Assembly: GCF_030028105.1 (NCBI RefSeq)
Contig: NC_092384.1
Location: 3,329,665 to 3,393,664, forward strand
From: Mobula birostris
Taxonomy: Eukaryota
Direction: 5' to 3'
DNA: 64,000 bases
Shown here: piece after piece, positions 62,885 to 64,000 of the stretch
Layout of the letters: the number at the start of each line of letters is the position of its first letter
How positions within the stretch are numbered: the stretch's first letter is position 1
Notes under the pieces: generated by a model
The model's input: only the letters and a program-made list of their open reading frames with translations
Databases searched by the model: none
Told to the model about the DNA's origin: nothing
Made by a program: the position numbers and the translations under genes

Positions 62885-62976
62885 TTAGGATTCAGTTGTC
62901 CTGTGGTTATATAGACTTGATTAGTTTATTTCATGGGATGACATTAACCTGGGAATGGACCTGAAATTCGGCTCTC
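62885..62976 (-). pseudogene. Paralogous terminal exon with the ITIM tyrosine converted to stop
   Basis: Identical acceptor. Reads EPNFRSIPRLMSSHEIN*SSLYNHRTTES* with TAA at 62921-62923. It differs from 42929-43020 at 11 of 92 nt. Confidence 0.72.
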
Positions 62977-63074
62977 CTGCAGAGTGAATGATGTACCGTC
63001 ACGTGTTCAGGAACTTGGCTGAATTCACAGCACCTTAGGTAAGAAAGGGTAAGTTGAAAAAAAGATACAAGAAT

Positions 63075-63285
63075 GAAGCAACACGCACAAAATGCTGGTG
63101 GAACCCAGCAGGATTGGCAGCATCTATAGAAAGAAGTACAATCGACGTTTCGGGCCGAGACTCTTCGTCCTGACGTCGAATGTACTTCTTGCTATTGATG
63201 CTGTCTGGCCTGCTACATTCCACCAGTATTTTGTGTGTGCTCCTTGAATTTCCAGCGTCTGCAGATTTCCTCGTGTATACGAGAA
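63075..63285. mobile_element. Penelope-derived hairpin element (copy 2)
   Basis: Paralogous to 46660-46865, with the same central collapse. Confidence 0.8.
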
Positions 63286-64000
63286 TGAAGTTCACTTTCA
63301 CACAGATTATTGGGTGATTGAAATGCACTGCCGAATTTGTTGATATAGGTAGATACTTTACGCTCTAAGATAAGCAACTAAATATGCTGATAACAGAGGA
63401 ATAAGGACAATGCGTAGACAGAAGGTATCTCTTTAGTTCGACACCTAACTACTAGTTTTGTTAATTTTGCACAATATCAGTGGCGAAATAGCATGTTCTG
63501 TGTTTTACTGTTCTATACTCCGTATTTTATTACCTTTATTCAATGGAACCAGGTGACATAATCTAAAGAGATCATTCGGAATCAGAATGGAACGGTTTTC
63601 TGGAAAGACGGTGATTTTGTACAGACGCAAAATCACTGGAGCTGTAGAACAGTCCGCCTGAGGAGACATTATGAAAATCAGATGACCTAGCAATAAATGA
63701 AACAGTTTTGCCGAACAAGTGCAACAGCCAACGAGCGATGGTTTCTATTATAGAATATATGATATAAGCTGCGGTTGGACAATTAGGTAGAGGATAAACA
63801 GGGAGGCTGATGTGAAGAATTAAATGACGTTGTTCGGCTTTGGTTGGATTGAGTCCTATGTTCTGGGACAGTCTCCAAAGCTATTCCCAGGTGTGCCACA
63901 GCTTCGAAAGTCTTTCTCGCAGGAATGAGGATTCCGGAGCTTGTGTTGACGTTGGGGGTTTTATGGGATGGTGTCGCAAACCCCATGTCCACTCTTCCTC

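Larger units (their letters stand above)
57230..64000. repeat. Segmental duplicate of about 35790-47590
   Basis: Colinear similarity runs through the Gypsy element, its LTR and flank, the ITIM exon, the hairpin element and unique intron sequence up to the window end. Confidence 0.93.

Overview
Repeat-dense eukaryotic DNA, most likely from a cartilaginous fish (ray/shark). This is inferred from esterase-ORF1 CR1 LINEs, a V-SINE-like element, Penelope-type hairpin elements and a Tc1 transposon. Most of the window is nested, decayed mobile DNA: CR1, Sushi-type, Gmr1/SCAN-type and PNMA-gag-type Ty3/Gypsy elements, Penelope/GIY-YIG, R4/Dong-like, Rex1/Babar-like and Tc1. The main host signal is a minus-strand multi-exon immune-receptor gene, reconstructed by eye from splice sites and phases: leader (52032-52086), a non-rearranging V domain with a germline-joined J-like motif (51576-51896), a C1-set domain (50846-51148), a TM exon (48614-48699), candidate cytoplasmic exons (47874-47979, 43893-43913) and a terminal ITIM exon (42929-43020, INYSSV). 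The 3' part of this locus is tandemly duplicated at about 57.2-64 kb. In that copy the ITIM tyrosine codon has become a stop (TAC>TAA) and a 3.5-kb block holding the micro-exon is missing. The window therefore looks like part of a diversifying cluster of VJ-C1 (SIRP/NKp30-like) receptors. Minimal hammerhead-ribozyme motifs ride on the Penelope-like elements. Mobile-element boundaries are approximate unless a TSD or terminal motif is quoted. No database searches were run.
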